In this document: in pieces, positions 17,171 to 28,711 of the stretch | How positions within the stretch are numbered: position 1 is the first letter of the stretch | How the letters are laid out: the number at the start of each line of letters is the position of its first letter | DNA from: an uncultured bacterium | GTDB taxonomy: Bacteria; Eisenbacteria; RBG-16-71-46; CAIMUX01 | NCBI GenBank assembly: GCA_964371055.1 | Contig: CAYJLF010000004.1 | Span: forward strand, 3,993 to 67,992 | Direction: 5' to 3' | Length of the DNA stretch: 64,000 nt | Position numbers and translations under genes: made by a program | The notes under the pieces: model-generated | Seen by the model: only the letters and a program-made list of their open reading frames with translations | What the model was told of the DNA's origin: nothing | Databases searched by the model: none

Positions 17171-19602
17171 ACGCAGAGCAGGGGATGAGCGATCGGATCG
17201 AACGTCTGCCGGTGCAGGGCCGCGGCGAGGACGAGATTCGGGCCGCGGCAGGAGGGCGCGGGCTGCGCCTCCCCGCGGAGGAGTGGCTCGACCTGGCGAC
17301 CAGGCTCGGACGGGATCCGTCGATCCCCGAGGCGTTCCTCTTCGACGTCGCCCTGAGCGAGCACTGCTCCTACAAGAGCAGCCGGCGCTTTTTGAAGCGG
17401 TACCTGCCGCCGCTCTCGAAGCAGGTCCTCCTGGGGCCGGGCGAGGACGCCGGGATCGTCAGCCTGGGCGTGCACGGAGGAGAGGAGTGGGGCCTTGTCG
17501 TCGCGCACGAGAGTCACAACCATCCGTCCCAGGTCCTGCCGGTGGAGGGCGCGGCCACCGGCATCGGCGGCATCGTGCGAGACGTCTACTGCATGGGCGC
17601 GGACGTGATCGGCGTGCTCGACGGCCTCCGCTTCGGCCACCCCGAGGGGACCGAGGGCGCGCGCTCCCGCGCGATCGCCCGCGGTGTCATCCAGGGCATC
17701 AGCGAGTACGGCAACGCGCTCGGGGTGCCGAACCTGGGCGGCGACACCTGGTTCCACCCCGGTTTCGACGACAACTGCCTCGTGAATGTGGTCGCGCTGG
17801 GCGTGTTGCCGGTGCGCCGCATCGTCCGCAGCCGGGTGCCGGCGGAGGTGGCCGAGGCGCGATTCGTCCTCGTGCTGGTGGGCAAGCCGACCGATGACAC
17901 CGGCCTGGGCGGCGCCTCCTTCGCCTCCCAGATCCTGGATGACGCCGAAGCGGGCGGCAACCGCGGCGCGGTGCAGATCCACGACCCGTTCCTGAAGCGC
18001 GTCCTCGCCGAGGCGACGCTCGAGGCGTGGGACTGGCTGGAGCGGGAAGGGATCCCGGTGGGCTGCAAGGATCTCGGCGCGGCCGGTCTCGGTGGAGCTT
18101 CGAGTGAGCTGGTCATCGCGGCGGGGCGCGGAGCCGAGATCGATCTCTCGCGGGTGCCGCTCGGCCTCGCCGGACTGCAGCCGGAGCAGATCCTCTGCGC
18201 GGAGACGCAGGAGCGCTTCGTCTGGGCCGTTCCGGAAGAGCGCGCGGAGGAGCTCTGCGAGCTCTTCAACCGTGACTTCGAACTGGGGAGGTGCTATCCC
18301 GGCGCGGCGGCCCGCGTGATCGGTCGGGTGCTCGCGGAGCCGGTCTACCGTTGCCTCTGGGAGGGGCAGGTCGTGGTCGAGCTTCCGACCCGGATCCTGG
18401 AGGAACCCCCCGCGCTCAACCGGCCCACCGCGCCGCGGCCCTCCCCGGCGCCGGTGGCCGATCCACCCGATCCCGGCGCCGAGGTGCAAGCCTGGGCGAT
18501 CGACCTGCTGTCGAGCTGGGATGCCGGCGCGCGCGCGCCGGTCTACCGGTTCTATGATCAGGAGGTGCGAGGCGAGGCGTTTCTGCGTCCGGGCGAAGCG
18601 GGGGCGGGCGTCTGCCGCCCGGTGCCCGACTCGCCGCTCGGCGTGGCGGTTAGCCTGGACGGAAATCCGCACTACGGCGTGCTCGATCCCTACTGGGCCG
18701 GGGCGCTGGCTGTGCTCGAGTCGGCGCGTAATGTCATCGCGACGGGGGCGCGTCCGGTCTGCCTGACCGATTGCCTCAACTTCGGCTCGCCCGAGGACCC
18801 GGTCTGTCTCGGCGACTTCGAGCAGTCCCTGCGAGGCATGCATGATGCCTGCCTCGCGCTGGCCGAGTGTGATCCGGACCGCCAGCCGCTGCCGATCGTC
18901 TCGGGCAACGTCTCTTTCTACAACCAGTCGGCGGCGGGGAAGGCGATCCCGCCGTCGCCGATCGTCTGCTGCTTCGGGATCCTCGACGACTACGGCCTGG
19001 CCGTGACCTCGCGGGTGAAGCGCGCGGGAGACCTGATCCTCTTGACCGGACGGCGCGAGCGGGAGTGGGGCGCGCCGGGGGGGGGACCGGGAGGGCGGGT
19101 GCCCTGCCCCGATCTGGCCGCGCAGGCGCGCGAGTTGCGCGCGGGGTTGCAGCTCGTCGATGAAGGGAACGTGGGCGCCGCGCACGACGTCGCGGACGGC
19201 GGCCTCCTGCGGGCGCTCTGGGAGATGATCGCGCTCGAGGACGCGCCGGGCGCGCTGGGGGTCGAGATCGACCTCGAGGCCCTCGCCGCGATCGCCGCCG
19301 GCCCGATGCCGCCGCACGAGCTTCTGCTGAGCGAGTCGCCGGGATTCATCTTCGAAGTCGATCCCGGACGCGCGCCGATCCTGACGTCGTTTTTGCGGGC
19401 GGCGGGGATACCCTGCGGGCTGATCGGCCGCGTCGTCGCGGAACCGGCGCTGCGTGTCGGGCGCGAGGGAACGTGGTGGCTCGATCTCCCGATCGAGGAG
19501 ACGCACCGCGTCTGGCGGGAGCGGATGCGCGCCGTGACGCACTCGGCTCCAGCGTCGGGTCCGAATCGGGACGGTCTCCACGACGATGAAGGGGGGATCT
19601 GA
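17167..19602 (+). CDS. purL: phosphoribosylformylglycinamidine synthase subunit PurL (small PurL)
   Basis: AIR-synthase-related duplicated domains ('HESHNHPS', 'GVPNLGGDT'), 811 aa. ATG overlaps the purB stop as ATGA. Confidence 0.9.
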   Translation: MNAEQGMSDRIERLPVQGRGEDEIRAAAGGRGLRLPAEEWLDLATRLGRDPSIPEAFLFDVALSEHCSYKSSRRFLKRYLPPLSKQVLLGPGEDAGIVSLGVHGGEEWGLVVAHESHNHPSQVLPVEGAATGIGGIVRDVYCMGADVIGVLDGLRFGHPEGTEGARSRAIARGVIQGISEYGNALGVPNLGGDTWFHPGFDDNCLVNVVALGVLPVRRIVRSRVPAEVAEARFVLVLVGKPTDDTGLGGASFASQILDDAEAGGNRGAVQIHDPFLKRVLAEATLEAWDWLEREGIPVGCKDLGAAGLGGASSELVIAAGRGAEIDLSRVPLGLAGLQPEQILCAETQERFVWAVPEERAEELCELFNRDFELGRCYPGAAARVIGRVLAEPVYRCLWEGQVVVELPTRILEEPPALNRPTAPRPSPAPVADPPDPGAEVQAWAIDLLSSWDAGARAPVYRFYDQEVRGEAFLRPGEAGAGVCRPVPDSPLGVAVSLDGNPHYGVLDPYWAGALAVLESARNVIATGARPVCLTDCLNFGSPEDPVCLGDFEQSLRGMHDACLALAECDPDRQPLPIVSGNVSFYNQSAAGKAIPPSPIVCCFGILDDYGLAVTSRVKRAGDLILLTGRREREWGAPGGGPGGRVPCPDLAAQARELRAGLQLVDEGNVGAAHDVADGGLLRALWEMIALEDAPGALGVEIDLEALAAIAAGPMPPHELLLSESPGFIFEVDPGRAPILTSFLRAAGIPCGLIGRVVAEPALRVGREGTWWLDLPIEETHRVWRERMRAVTHSAPASGPNRDGLHDDEGGI

Positions 19603-19603
19603 C

Positions 19604-20443
19604 ATGCCGGCGCACGTCGCGGTCCTCCGTTTTCCCGGCAGCAACTGCGAGCGGGAGAGCCTGCTCGCGATCGAGCGGGTCGGTCTGGAGGGGCGCATCG
19701 TCCGATGGAACGAGCCGGCGGAGCGCCTCCTCGCGTTCGATGCGTACGTGCTTCCGGGCGGGTTCAGCTACCAGGATCGCATCCGGGCGGGAGCGGTCGC
19801 CGCCCGTCTGCCTCTGCTCGAGGCGGTCACGCGACGCGCGCGCGAGGGGGCGCCCCTGCTCGGCATCTGCAACGGCGCGCAGATCCTGGTCGAAGCGGGG
19901 CTCGTCCCGGGTCCGGTCGCAGGGCTGGAGTCCGATCCCGGGGCGGTGCGCCTCGCGCTCGCTCCCAACCGGATCCGGGGACGGGACGGGTACTACACCC
20001 GCTGGGTCTTCCTGGCTCCGGGGGACGGCGCGGAGGAATGCCTCTTCACCCGCGGTCTCGACCGTCCGGTGCCGATGCCGATGGCGCATGGAGAGGGACG
20101 GTTCATCACCGCCGATCCGGAGCTGAGGGCCGGCTTCTCGCGGCAGGTCGCGCTGCGCTACAGCCGCGACGACGGCGGGCCCGCGGGCGGATTTCCGCAC
20201 AATCCCAACGGGAGTCTCGCCGACGCCGCGGGGGTCATCGGGGGTGAGGGCAACATCCTCGCGCTGATGCCGCATCCCGAGCGGGCGCAGATTCTGGCCC
20301 AGGTGCCCGATCACCTGTCCGGACCGTGGGGCGAGAGGCGGCGCGCCGGATCCTCCGCCGATCTGCTCGATCGGGACGGTCCGGGACTCGTGCTGTTCCG
20401 CAATCTTGCCCGCGCCCTGGGCGCTGGAGGGCGTCACGCATGA
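19604..20443 (+). CDS. purQ: phosphoribosylformylglycinamidine synthase subunit PurQ (glutaminase)
   Basis: 'VAVLRFPGSNCE', 'GICNGAQIL' (catalytic Cys) and 'HPE' at the C-terminus. GAAGGGGGG RBS. Confidence 0.9.
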   Translation: MPAHVAVLRFPGSNCERESLLAIERVGLEGRIVRWNEPAERLLAFDAYVLPGGFSYQDRIRAGAVAARLPLLEAVTRRAREGAPLLGICNGAQILVEAGLVPGPVAGLESDPGAVRLALAPNRIRGRDGYYTRWVFLAPGDGAEECLFTRGLDRPVPMPMAHGEGRFITADPELRAGFSRQVALRYSRDDGGPAGGFPHNPNGSLADAAGVIGGEGNILALMPHPERAQILAQVPDHLSGPWGERRRAGSSADLLDRDGPGLVLFRNLARALGAGGRHA

Positions 20444-21147
20444 ACGAGCGCGCGAACGATCCGGGGCCCCGGATGGAGCAGCCCGGTCCGGGGCCCTTCA
20501 CCGTGCAGGTTCTCTTCGGCCTGAAGAGCGCCGATCCGACGGCGCTCACGGCGGCGGAAGCGATCCGCCACCTGCTGGGCCTGGGCGATGCCTTGGGCGG
20601 GCTGGACCGGCGCATCCTGCACGAGATCGTGCTGGTGGCGGACGAGGGGGCGGTCCGCGAGGGGAGCGAGGAGGGGCCTTCGCCGCTCGCCACCGACCTG
20701 GCGCGCGCGCTCGATCGGGATACGTCGCTCTGGAACCCGAACAAGCAGCGCGGCTGGATCCGGCTCGATGAGATCCCGCCCGGCGAGACCGCGCGTGACC
20801 AGCGGGCTTTCGAGCTCCTCCCGGGGGGGCGCCTGCGGGGAGGGGAGTTCGGCCGTCCGTCCCTGATCGATCCGCTCTCCGATCATCTCCTGCTCTGGAG
20901 GCGGGGCCAGCGGGCTCTGGAGCAGGGCCTCGCCGCGGCCCTTCCGGGATGGCGCCTCCTGGCCTGGGGGCACGGGGAGCTCTACACCTTCCGCTGGCGG
21001 GAGGGAGCGACCCGCGAGCAGAGGGACACCTGGACCGCGAGCGTGGCGGTGGCCCGATCCCGCACGCAGGGTCTCCTGGTCAACCCCCACTATCAGGATC
21101 ACCGGATCTTCGCCGGCGCTGTTCCCCTGCCGCTCTGGGGCGGATGA
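20440..21147 (+). CDS. purS: atypical 235-aa protein made of two PurS-like domains (putative tandem PurS)
   Basis: Residues ~18-110 ('FTVQVLFGLKSADPT...AIRHLLGLG...LWNPNKQRGWIRLDEI') follow the PurS beta-alpha-beta-beta-alpha-beta pattern. A second PurS-like segment lies at the C-terminus ('...LLVNPHYQDHRIF'). ATG overlaps the purQ stop as ATGA. It sits where purS is expected in the purLQS context. Confidence 0.55.
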   Translation: MNERANDPGPRMEQPGPGPFTVQVLFGLKSADPTALTAAEAIRHLLGLGDALGGLDRRILHEIVLVADEGAVREGSEEGPSPLATDLARALDRDTSLWNPNKQRGWIRLDEIPPGETARDQRAFELLPGGRLRGGEFGRPSLIDPLSDHLLLWRRGQRALEQGLAAALPGWRLLAWGHGELYTFRWREGATREQRDTWTASVAVARSRTQGLLVNPHYQDHRIFAGAVPLPLWGG

Positions 21148-21203
21148 AGGGGGAACGCCGTCCGGGTGATGGACGAGAAACGCAGGAAGGCGGGCTCAAT
21201 CGG

Positions 21204-22640
21204 ATGAACCGGGTCGATCCTTTGGTGGAACTGGCGCGCCTGCGCCGCTCGGACCGCTGCCACGACGAGTGCGGCCTGATCGGCGTGCACGGGCATGGCA
21301 ACGTGGCCGACCTCCTCTACTACGGGCTCTATGCGCAGCAGCATCGGGGCCAGGAGGGGAGCGGAGTCGTGCTGCACAACGGGGAGAAGACGCGCGTCGT
21401 GAAGGGGCTCGGCCTCATCAGCGAGACCTTCACGGAAGAGGCGCGCTCCCGGATCGACGGTTACCTGGGGATCGGCCACAACCGCTACGCCACGACCGGC
21501 AAGGCGACCAAGCTCCGGAACGTCCAGCCGATCCTGGTCGACTGGCAGGGCGGCAAGCTGGCGATCGCGCACAACGGCAACTTGACAAACGTCCAGCAAC
21601 TGCGCGCCCGGATGGAACGCGAAGGTTCGATCTTCCAGACGACGACCGATTCCGAGGTCGTCCTGCACCTGATCGCGCGGTCGCAGCGGAACACCCTCCC
21701 CGAGCGGGTGGAGGAGGCGGTCCGGCAGATCTCAGGGGCGATCAGCTGCCTCATCATGGATGAGCACCTGCTCATCGCCTACCGCGACCCGTTCGGGTTT
21801 CGCCCGCTCTCCCTCGGGATCCTCGATGGGATGTACCTCTTCGCTTCGGAGACCTGCGCGTTCGATCTCATCGGCGCCAACTACCTCCGCGACGTCGAGC
21901 CGGGAGAGATGGTGGTCCTGGACGGTCGCGGTCTGGAGTCCCGTCAGGTCGTCCCGGACGGCCCGCGGGCGCAGTGCATGTTCGAGGAGATCTACTTCTC
22001 CCGCCCGGACAGCATCGTCTTCGGCGAGGCGGTGAACGAGGTGCGGCGCCGCCAGGGACGCCTGCTGGCGCGGCGGCATCCGGTGGAGGCGGACATCGTC
22101 ATCGCCATCCCCGACTCCTCCAACTCCGCCGCGCAGGGCTTCGCGGAGGAGACCGGGCTGCCGTTCGAGCTGGGGCTGATCCGGAACCACTATGTGGGCC
22201 GGACGTTCATCGAGGCCGGGGCCGATCACCGGGTCGACAGCGTGCGGGTGAAATTCAACGCCGTCCGCCAGATTCTGCACGGACAGAGGGTGGTGGCGGT
22301 GGACGACTCGATCGTGCGCGGCACGACGAGCCGCAAGCTGGTCGAGCTGCTCTTCCGCGCCGGGGCGCGCGAAGTCCACTTCCGGATCGCGTCTCCCCCG
22401 ATCACCCACCCCTGCCACTTCGGGATCGACACCCCGACCCGGACCGAGCTGATCGCCAACTCGCTCGACGTGGAGGGGATCCGGAGCTACGTCGGGGCGA
22501 CCTCGTTGGGGTTCCTCGCGATCGAGGACCTGCGGGAGAGCGTGCAGGCGCCCCATGCCTTCTGCTACGCCTGTTGGACGGGGCGGTATCCGACCGTGGT
22601 GCCGGAGAACGGCAGCTCGGCGCCGTTCGATCATGACTGA
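21204..22640 (+). CDS. purF: amidophosphoribosyltransferase
   Basis: Ntn-hydrolase 'CGLIGV' catalytic Cys after a short propeptide, and a PRTase motif 'VVAVDDSIVRGTT'. Four Cys are present for a possible Fe-S cluster. Confidence 0.9.
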   Translation: MNRVDPLVELARLRRSDRCHDECGLIGVHGHGNVADLLYYGLYAQQHRGQEGSGVVLHNGEKTRVVKGLGLISETFTEEARSRIDGYLGIGHNRYATTGKATKLRNVQPILVDWQGGKLAIAHNGNLTNVQQLRARMEREGSIFQTTTDSEVVLHLIARSQRNTLPERVEEAVRQISGAISCLIMDEHLLIAYRDPFGFRPLSLGILDGMYLFASETCAFDLIGANYLRDVEPGEMVVLDGRGLESRQVVPDGPRAQCMFEEIYFSRPDSIVFGEAVNEVRRRQGRLLARRHPVEADIVIAIPDSSNSAAQGFAEETGLPFELGLIRNHYVGRTFIEAGADHRVDSVRVKFNAVRQILHGQRVVAVDDSIVRGTTSRKLVELLFRAGAREVHFRIASPPITHPCHFGIDTPTRTELIANSLDVEGIRSYVGATSLGFLAIEDLRESVQAPHAFCYACWTGRYPTVVPENGSSAPFDHD

Positions 22641-22649
22641 GGCCGGCTC

Positions 22650-23888
22650 GTGATCGAGCTCTACATCGCGCGGCGCTACCTCGTTCCCAAGCGGGGACGG
22701 GGTCTCCTCTCGCTCATCACCTGGATCTCGGTCGGCGGGGTCGCCCTCGGGGTGCTGGCGCTCATCGTGGTCCTGGCCGTGATGAACGGCTTCGAGCGTG
22801 AGGTGAAGACGCGGATCATCGGGACCAACGCTCACGTGACCCTTCTCCGGTACGGGGCGCAGGGGATCGAAGGGGTCCCGGAACTCCTGGCGGCGGTCCG
22901 AGGCCATCCCGAGGTGGTCGCGGCCGCTCCGATGGTCTACGGCAAGGCGATGATCAGCGGGCGCGGCGGCGCCGACGGGATCGTGGTCAAGGGAATCGAA
23001 CCGGCGGCGGCGGCGGCGGTGACCGACCTCACCCACTATGTCGAGGGCGGGATGGACCAAGCCGACCTCGAGCCGGGGGAGGGAGATCTCCCCGGGATCA
23101 TCCTCGGCGTGCACGTCGCCGACAACCTGCAGGTGACCCTCGGCGAGCGGGTGCAGTTGATGGCGCCGCAGGTCGGCACGGTCTCGCCTCTCGGTTATGT
23201 CCCGCGCGTTCGCAACTACCGGGTGGTCGGGCTCTTCCGTTCCGGCATGTACGAGTACGATTCCGCGCTCGCGTTCATCGCGCTCAGCCAGGCGCAGGCC
23301 TTCTTCGGACTCGGCGCGCGGGTCTCCGCGGTCGAGGTGAAGGTGCGAGAGATGTACCGGGCGCCGCAGGTGGCGGAGGATCTGGTCGCCCGCGCCGGAG
23401 GTTTCCCCTATCGGAGCCAGGACTGGATCGAGATGAACGCGAATCTCTTCTCTTGGATGCAGACCGAGAAGAGGGTCATGTTCGTCATCCTGGCGCTCAT
23501 CGTGACGATCGCCGCCTTCAACATTCTGGCGGCTTTGATCATGCTGGTGAAGGAGAAGCGCCGCGACATCGGGATCCTCCGCTCGATGGGGGCGACCACG
23601 GCGATGATCCGGGGGATCTTCGTGGCGGAGGGAGCGATCATCGGCGGCACCGGGATGATCCTGGGCGGCGCCGGGGGGCTCCTGCTCTGCTATCTGCTGG
23701 AGCGGTACAAGTTCATCCCGCTCCCCGGCGACATCTACTTCATCGACACCCTTCCGGTGCGGGTCGAGACGCTCGATGTAATTGCGGTGCTGGCGAGCGT
23801 GCTCGTGATCTGCGTTCTGGCGACGCTCTATCCGGCGCGACAGGCGGCGCGTCTGAACCCGGTGGAGGCGATCCGTCATGGTGAATGA
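22650..23888 (+). CDS. lolC: lipoprotein-release ABC transporter permease (LolC/E/F, FtsX family)
   Basis: FtsX-like architecture: four TM segments, a large periplasmic loop, and a 'YPARQAARLNPVEAIR' C-terminus. It is followed by lolD. Confidence 0.8.
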   Translation: MIELYIARRYLVPKRGRGLLSLITWISVGGVALGVLALIVVLAVMNGFEREVKTRIIGTNAHVTLLRYGAQGIEGVPELLAAVRGHPEVVAAAPMVYGKAMISGRGGADGIVVKGIEPAAAAAVTDLTHYVEGGMDQADLEPGEGDLPGIILGVHVADNLQVTLGERVQLMAPQVGTVSPLGYVPRVRNYRVVGLFRSGMYEYDSALAFIALSQAQAFFGLGARVSAVEVKVREMYRAPQVAEDLVARAGGFPYRSQDWIEMNANLFSWMQTEKRVMFVILALIVTIAAFNILAALIMLVKEKRRDIGILRSMGATTAMIRGIFVAEGAIIGGTGMILGGAGGLLLCYLLERYKFIPLPGDIYFIDTLPVRVETLDVIAVLASVLVICVLATLYPARQAARLNPVEAIRHGE

Positions 23889-24615
23889 TGATCTCGTCCC
23901 CTTCCTGCGCGTGCGGGGGGTGCATCGGCGCTTCCACATGGGCGGTTCGGAAATCCACATCCTGCGGGGAGTCGACCTCGACCTGCAGGCGGGTGAGATC
24001 GCGGCCGTCACCGGGACCTCCGGGGCCGGCAAGAGCACGCTGCTCCACATCCTCGGAGCGCTCGACCGGCCGGACGAGGGGTCGGTCCGGGTGGGCGGGG
24101 TCGAGCTGTTCGCGCTTTCGGAGAGTGAGCTGGCGAAGTTCCGCAACCGGAACCTCGGATTCGTGTTTCAGTTCCACCACCTCCTGCCGGAGTTCACCGC
24201 CGAGGAAAACGTCATGATGCCGGGGCTGATCGCCGGGCTCGCTCCCTCCCGGGCGCGGGAGCGGGCGCGGAACCTGCTCGAGGAGGTCGGGCTCGGCGAC
24301 CGCGCCGAGCACAAGCCGGACGAGCTTTCGGGCGGGGAACAGCAGCGGGTCGCCCTCGCGCGCGGGCTGTACGGCGAACCCCGTCTGATCCTGGCCGACG
24401 AGCCGACCGGAAACCTGGATCCAGAGACCGCCCGGGGCCTGCACGAGCTGATGTATACTCTGGCGCGGAAGCACCGCCAGAGCTGGGTCGTGGTCACGCA
24501 CAACCCACAGCTGGCCGCACGGGCCGATCGATGGTTGCGGCTGGACGAAGGGGTGCTGCGAACGGCGCGGGAGGGATCCGCGCCGGGGATCGAAGGGATC
24601 GAGGGAACCGCATGA
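23878..24615 (+). CDS. lolD: lipoprotein-release ABC transporter ATP-binding protein
   Basis: Walker A 'GTSGAGKST', ABC signature 'LSGGEQQRVALAR' and Walker B 'ILADEPTGNLD'. Confidence 0.85.
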   Translation: MVNDDLVPFLRVRGVHRRFHMGGSEIHILRGVDLDLQAGEIAAVTGTSGAGKSTLLHILGALDRPDEGSVRVGGVELFALSESELAKFRNRNLGFVFQFHHLLPEFTAEENVMMPGLIAGLAPSRARERARNLLEEVGLGDRAEHKPDELSGGEQQRVALARGLYGEPRLILADEPTGNLDPETARGLHELMYTLARKHRQSWVVVTHNPQLAARADRWLRLDEGVLRTAREGSAPGIEGIEGTA

Positions 24616-25133
24616 AGTGCCAGAATTGCGACGCCGAGGCGACCATTTTCTACAAGGAGGTCGTCGGCGGAGACCTGCGCGAGATCCATCTCTGCGAAGC
24701 CTGCGCGGCGGAGAAGGGCTTCCACCTGGTCATCGAGCAGAGCAAGCTGAACATCGCCAACCAGTTCATCTGGATGGCCGAGAACCTCTATCCCGAGAGC
24801 GCGACCAAAGTCGGTGCGGTCCAGTGCCCCGGGTGCGGCCTGCGCTACAGCCAGTTTGCCCGGACCGGCCGCCTCGGCTGCGAAGGGTGCTACGCCGCCT
24901 TCGAAGTGCAGCTCAAGCAGATTCTCCGCCGCGTGCACGGCGCCACGCGCCACAAGGGGAAGGCTCCACGCGCCGGTGATGCCGCGGCCGGACGACGGCG
25001 CGACCTCTTGCGGCTCCGCGAGGAGCTGAGCCGCGCGATCGAGCGGGAGGAGTTCGAGCAGGCCGCGCAGCTGCGAGACGAGATCCGCGTCCTCGAGACG
25101 GGGCCGGGCCCCGGGGCGGGAGGGGCGAGTTGA
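24612..25133 (+). CDS. mcsA: McsA-like zinc-finger/UVR-domain protein (activator of protein arginine kinase)
   Basis: Four CxxC pairs ('CQNCD...CEAC', 'CPGCG...CEGC') plus a C-terminal UVR-like motif 'EEFEQAAQLRDEIRVLE'. ATG overlaps the lolD stop as ATGA. It lies immediately upstream of mcsB. Confidence 0.7.
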   Translation: MKCQNCDAEATIFYKEVVGGDLREIHLCEACAAEKGFHLVIEQSKLNIANQFIWMAENLYPESATKVGAVQCPGCGLRYSQFARTGRLGCEGCYAAFEVQLKQILRRVHGATRHKGKAPRAGDAAAGRRRDLLRLREELSRAIEREEFEQAAQLRDEIRVLETGPGPGAGGAS

Positions 25134-26200
25134 TCCCGATCGAAGACCTGGTCGCTCGCACCGGCGCGTGGCTGTCGGGCTCCGGCCCGCACGCCGACCG
25201 GATCCTCTCCACCCGCGTCCGTCTGGCGCGCAACCTCGCCGGCCAGCGCTTCGTCGGGCGGGCGCTGCCGGAGGACCTGCGCCGGATTCTGACCCAGGTG
25301 ACCGAGGCGGCCCTCGGCACCGGCCTCTTCGAGGGGGGCGGAGCGCAGGGGATCGAGGAACTCCCGCTTCTCGACCGGCAATTCCTCCTCGAACGCCACC
25401 TGGTGTCGCACGACCTGACGGGCGAGGCGGTCGGGCGAGGACTGGTGCTGGCGTCTCACGAGGGGATCTCGCTTCTGGTCAACGAGGAAGACCATCTGCG
25501 GCTCCAGGCGCTGGAGGGGGGATTCAACCTGGAGACGGCGTGGCAGCGGGCGCAGGCGCTCGATGCGGCCCTCGAGACCCACCTGACGTTCGCCTTCCAC
25601 GAGGACCTGGGCTACCTCACCGCCTGTCCCACCAACACCGGCACGGGGATGCGCGCCTCGGTCCTGATGCACCTTCCGGCGCTGGTCTTGACCCAGCGGA
25701 TGAAGAAGATCCTGGCCGGGGTCTCGCAGGTCGGCCTGACGGTGCGCGGCTACTACGGCGAGGGGACCGAGGTGATGGGGAACTTCTTCCAGGTCTCGAA
25801 CCAGGTGACCCTGGGCGAGACCGAGGAAGAGACGCTGACCAAGCTCACGAAAGTCGTCCGCCAGATCCTCGATTGGGAGGACAAGGCCCAGGACCAGCTC
25901 CTGCGCCAGGCCCGGCGCCAGGCCGAGGACAAGATCGGCCGCTCGTTCGGGACCCTGCGGTACGCCCGCCTGATCACCTCGCAGGAGGCGATCGGGCTCC
26001 TCTCCGCCGTCCGGTTCGGGCAGACGCTGGGACTGCGGAATCTCCCCGGGATTCCGGTGTTGAACGAACTTCTGGTCCGCTGTCAGCCGGCTCACCTGCA
26101 GAAGACGGCCGGGCGGGCCATGGATTCCGAGGAACGCAACGAATACCGGGCAGGGTTGATCCGCCGTCATCTCGGCGTGACCGACGCGCCGGAGGCCTGA
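25130..26200 (+). CDS. mcsB: protein arginine kinase (ATP:guanido phosphotransferase family)
   Basis: Phosphagen-kinase active-site signature 'CPTNTGTGMRASV'. 356 aa. TTG start overlaps the mcsA stop as TTGA. Confidence 0.85.
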   Translation: MIPIEDLVARTGAWLSGSGPHADRILSTRVRLARNLAGQRFVGRALPEDLRRILTQVTEAALGTGLFEGGGAQGIEELPLLDRQFLLERHLVSHDLTGEAVGRGLVLASHEGISLLVNEEDHLRLQALEGGFNLETAWQRAQALDAALETHLTFAFHEDLGYLTACPTNTGTGMRASVLMHLPALVLTQRMKKILAGVSQVGLTVRGYYGEGTEVMGNFFQVSNQVTLGETEEETLTKLTKVVRQILDWEDKAQDQLLRQARRQAEDKIGRSFGTLRYARLITSQEAIGLLSAVRFGQTLGLRNLPGIPVLNELLVRCQPAHLQKTAGRAMDSEERNEYRAGLIRRHLGVTDAPEA

Positions 26201-26256
26201 CGCGCCGGCCGGCCGGCAGAGCCGTGAGGGCCCGAACGGGCGGAGGAAAGGGAACG

Positions 26257-28704
<2,448 letters not shown>

Positions 28705-28711
28705 CAGGGGG

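Noticed and set aside
17104-19698. 864-aa minus-strand ORF
   Set aside because: Antisense to purL, which has unambiguous motifs. Artefact.
21732-24146. 804-aa minus-strand ORF
   Set aside because: Antisense to purF and lolC. Artefact.
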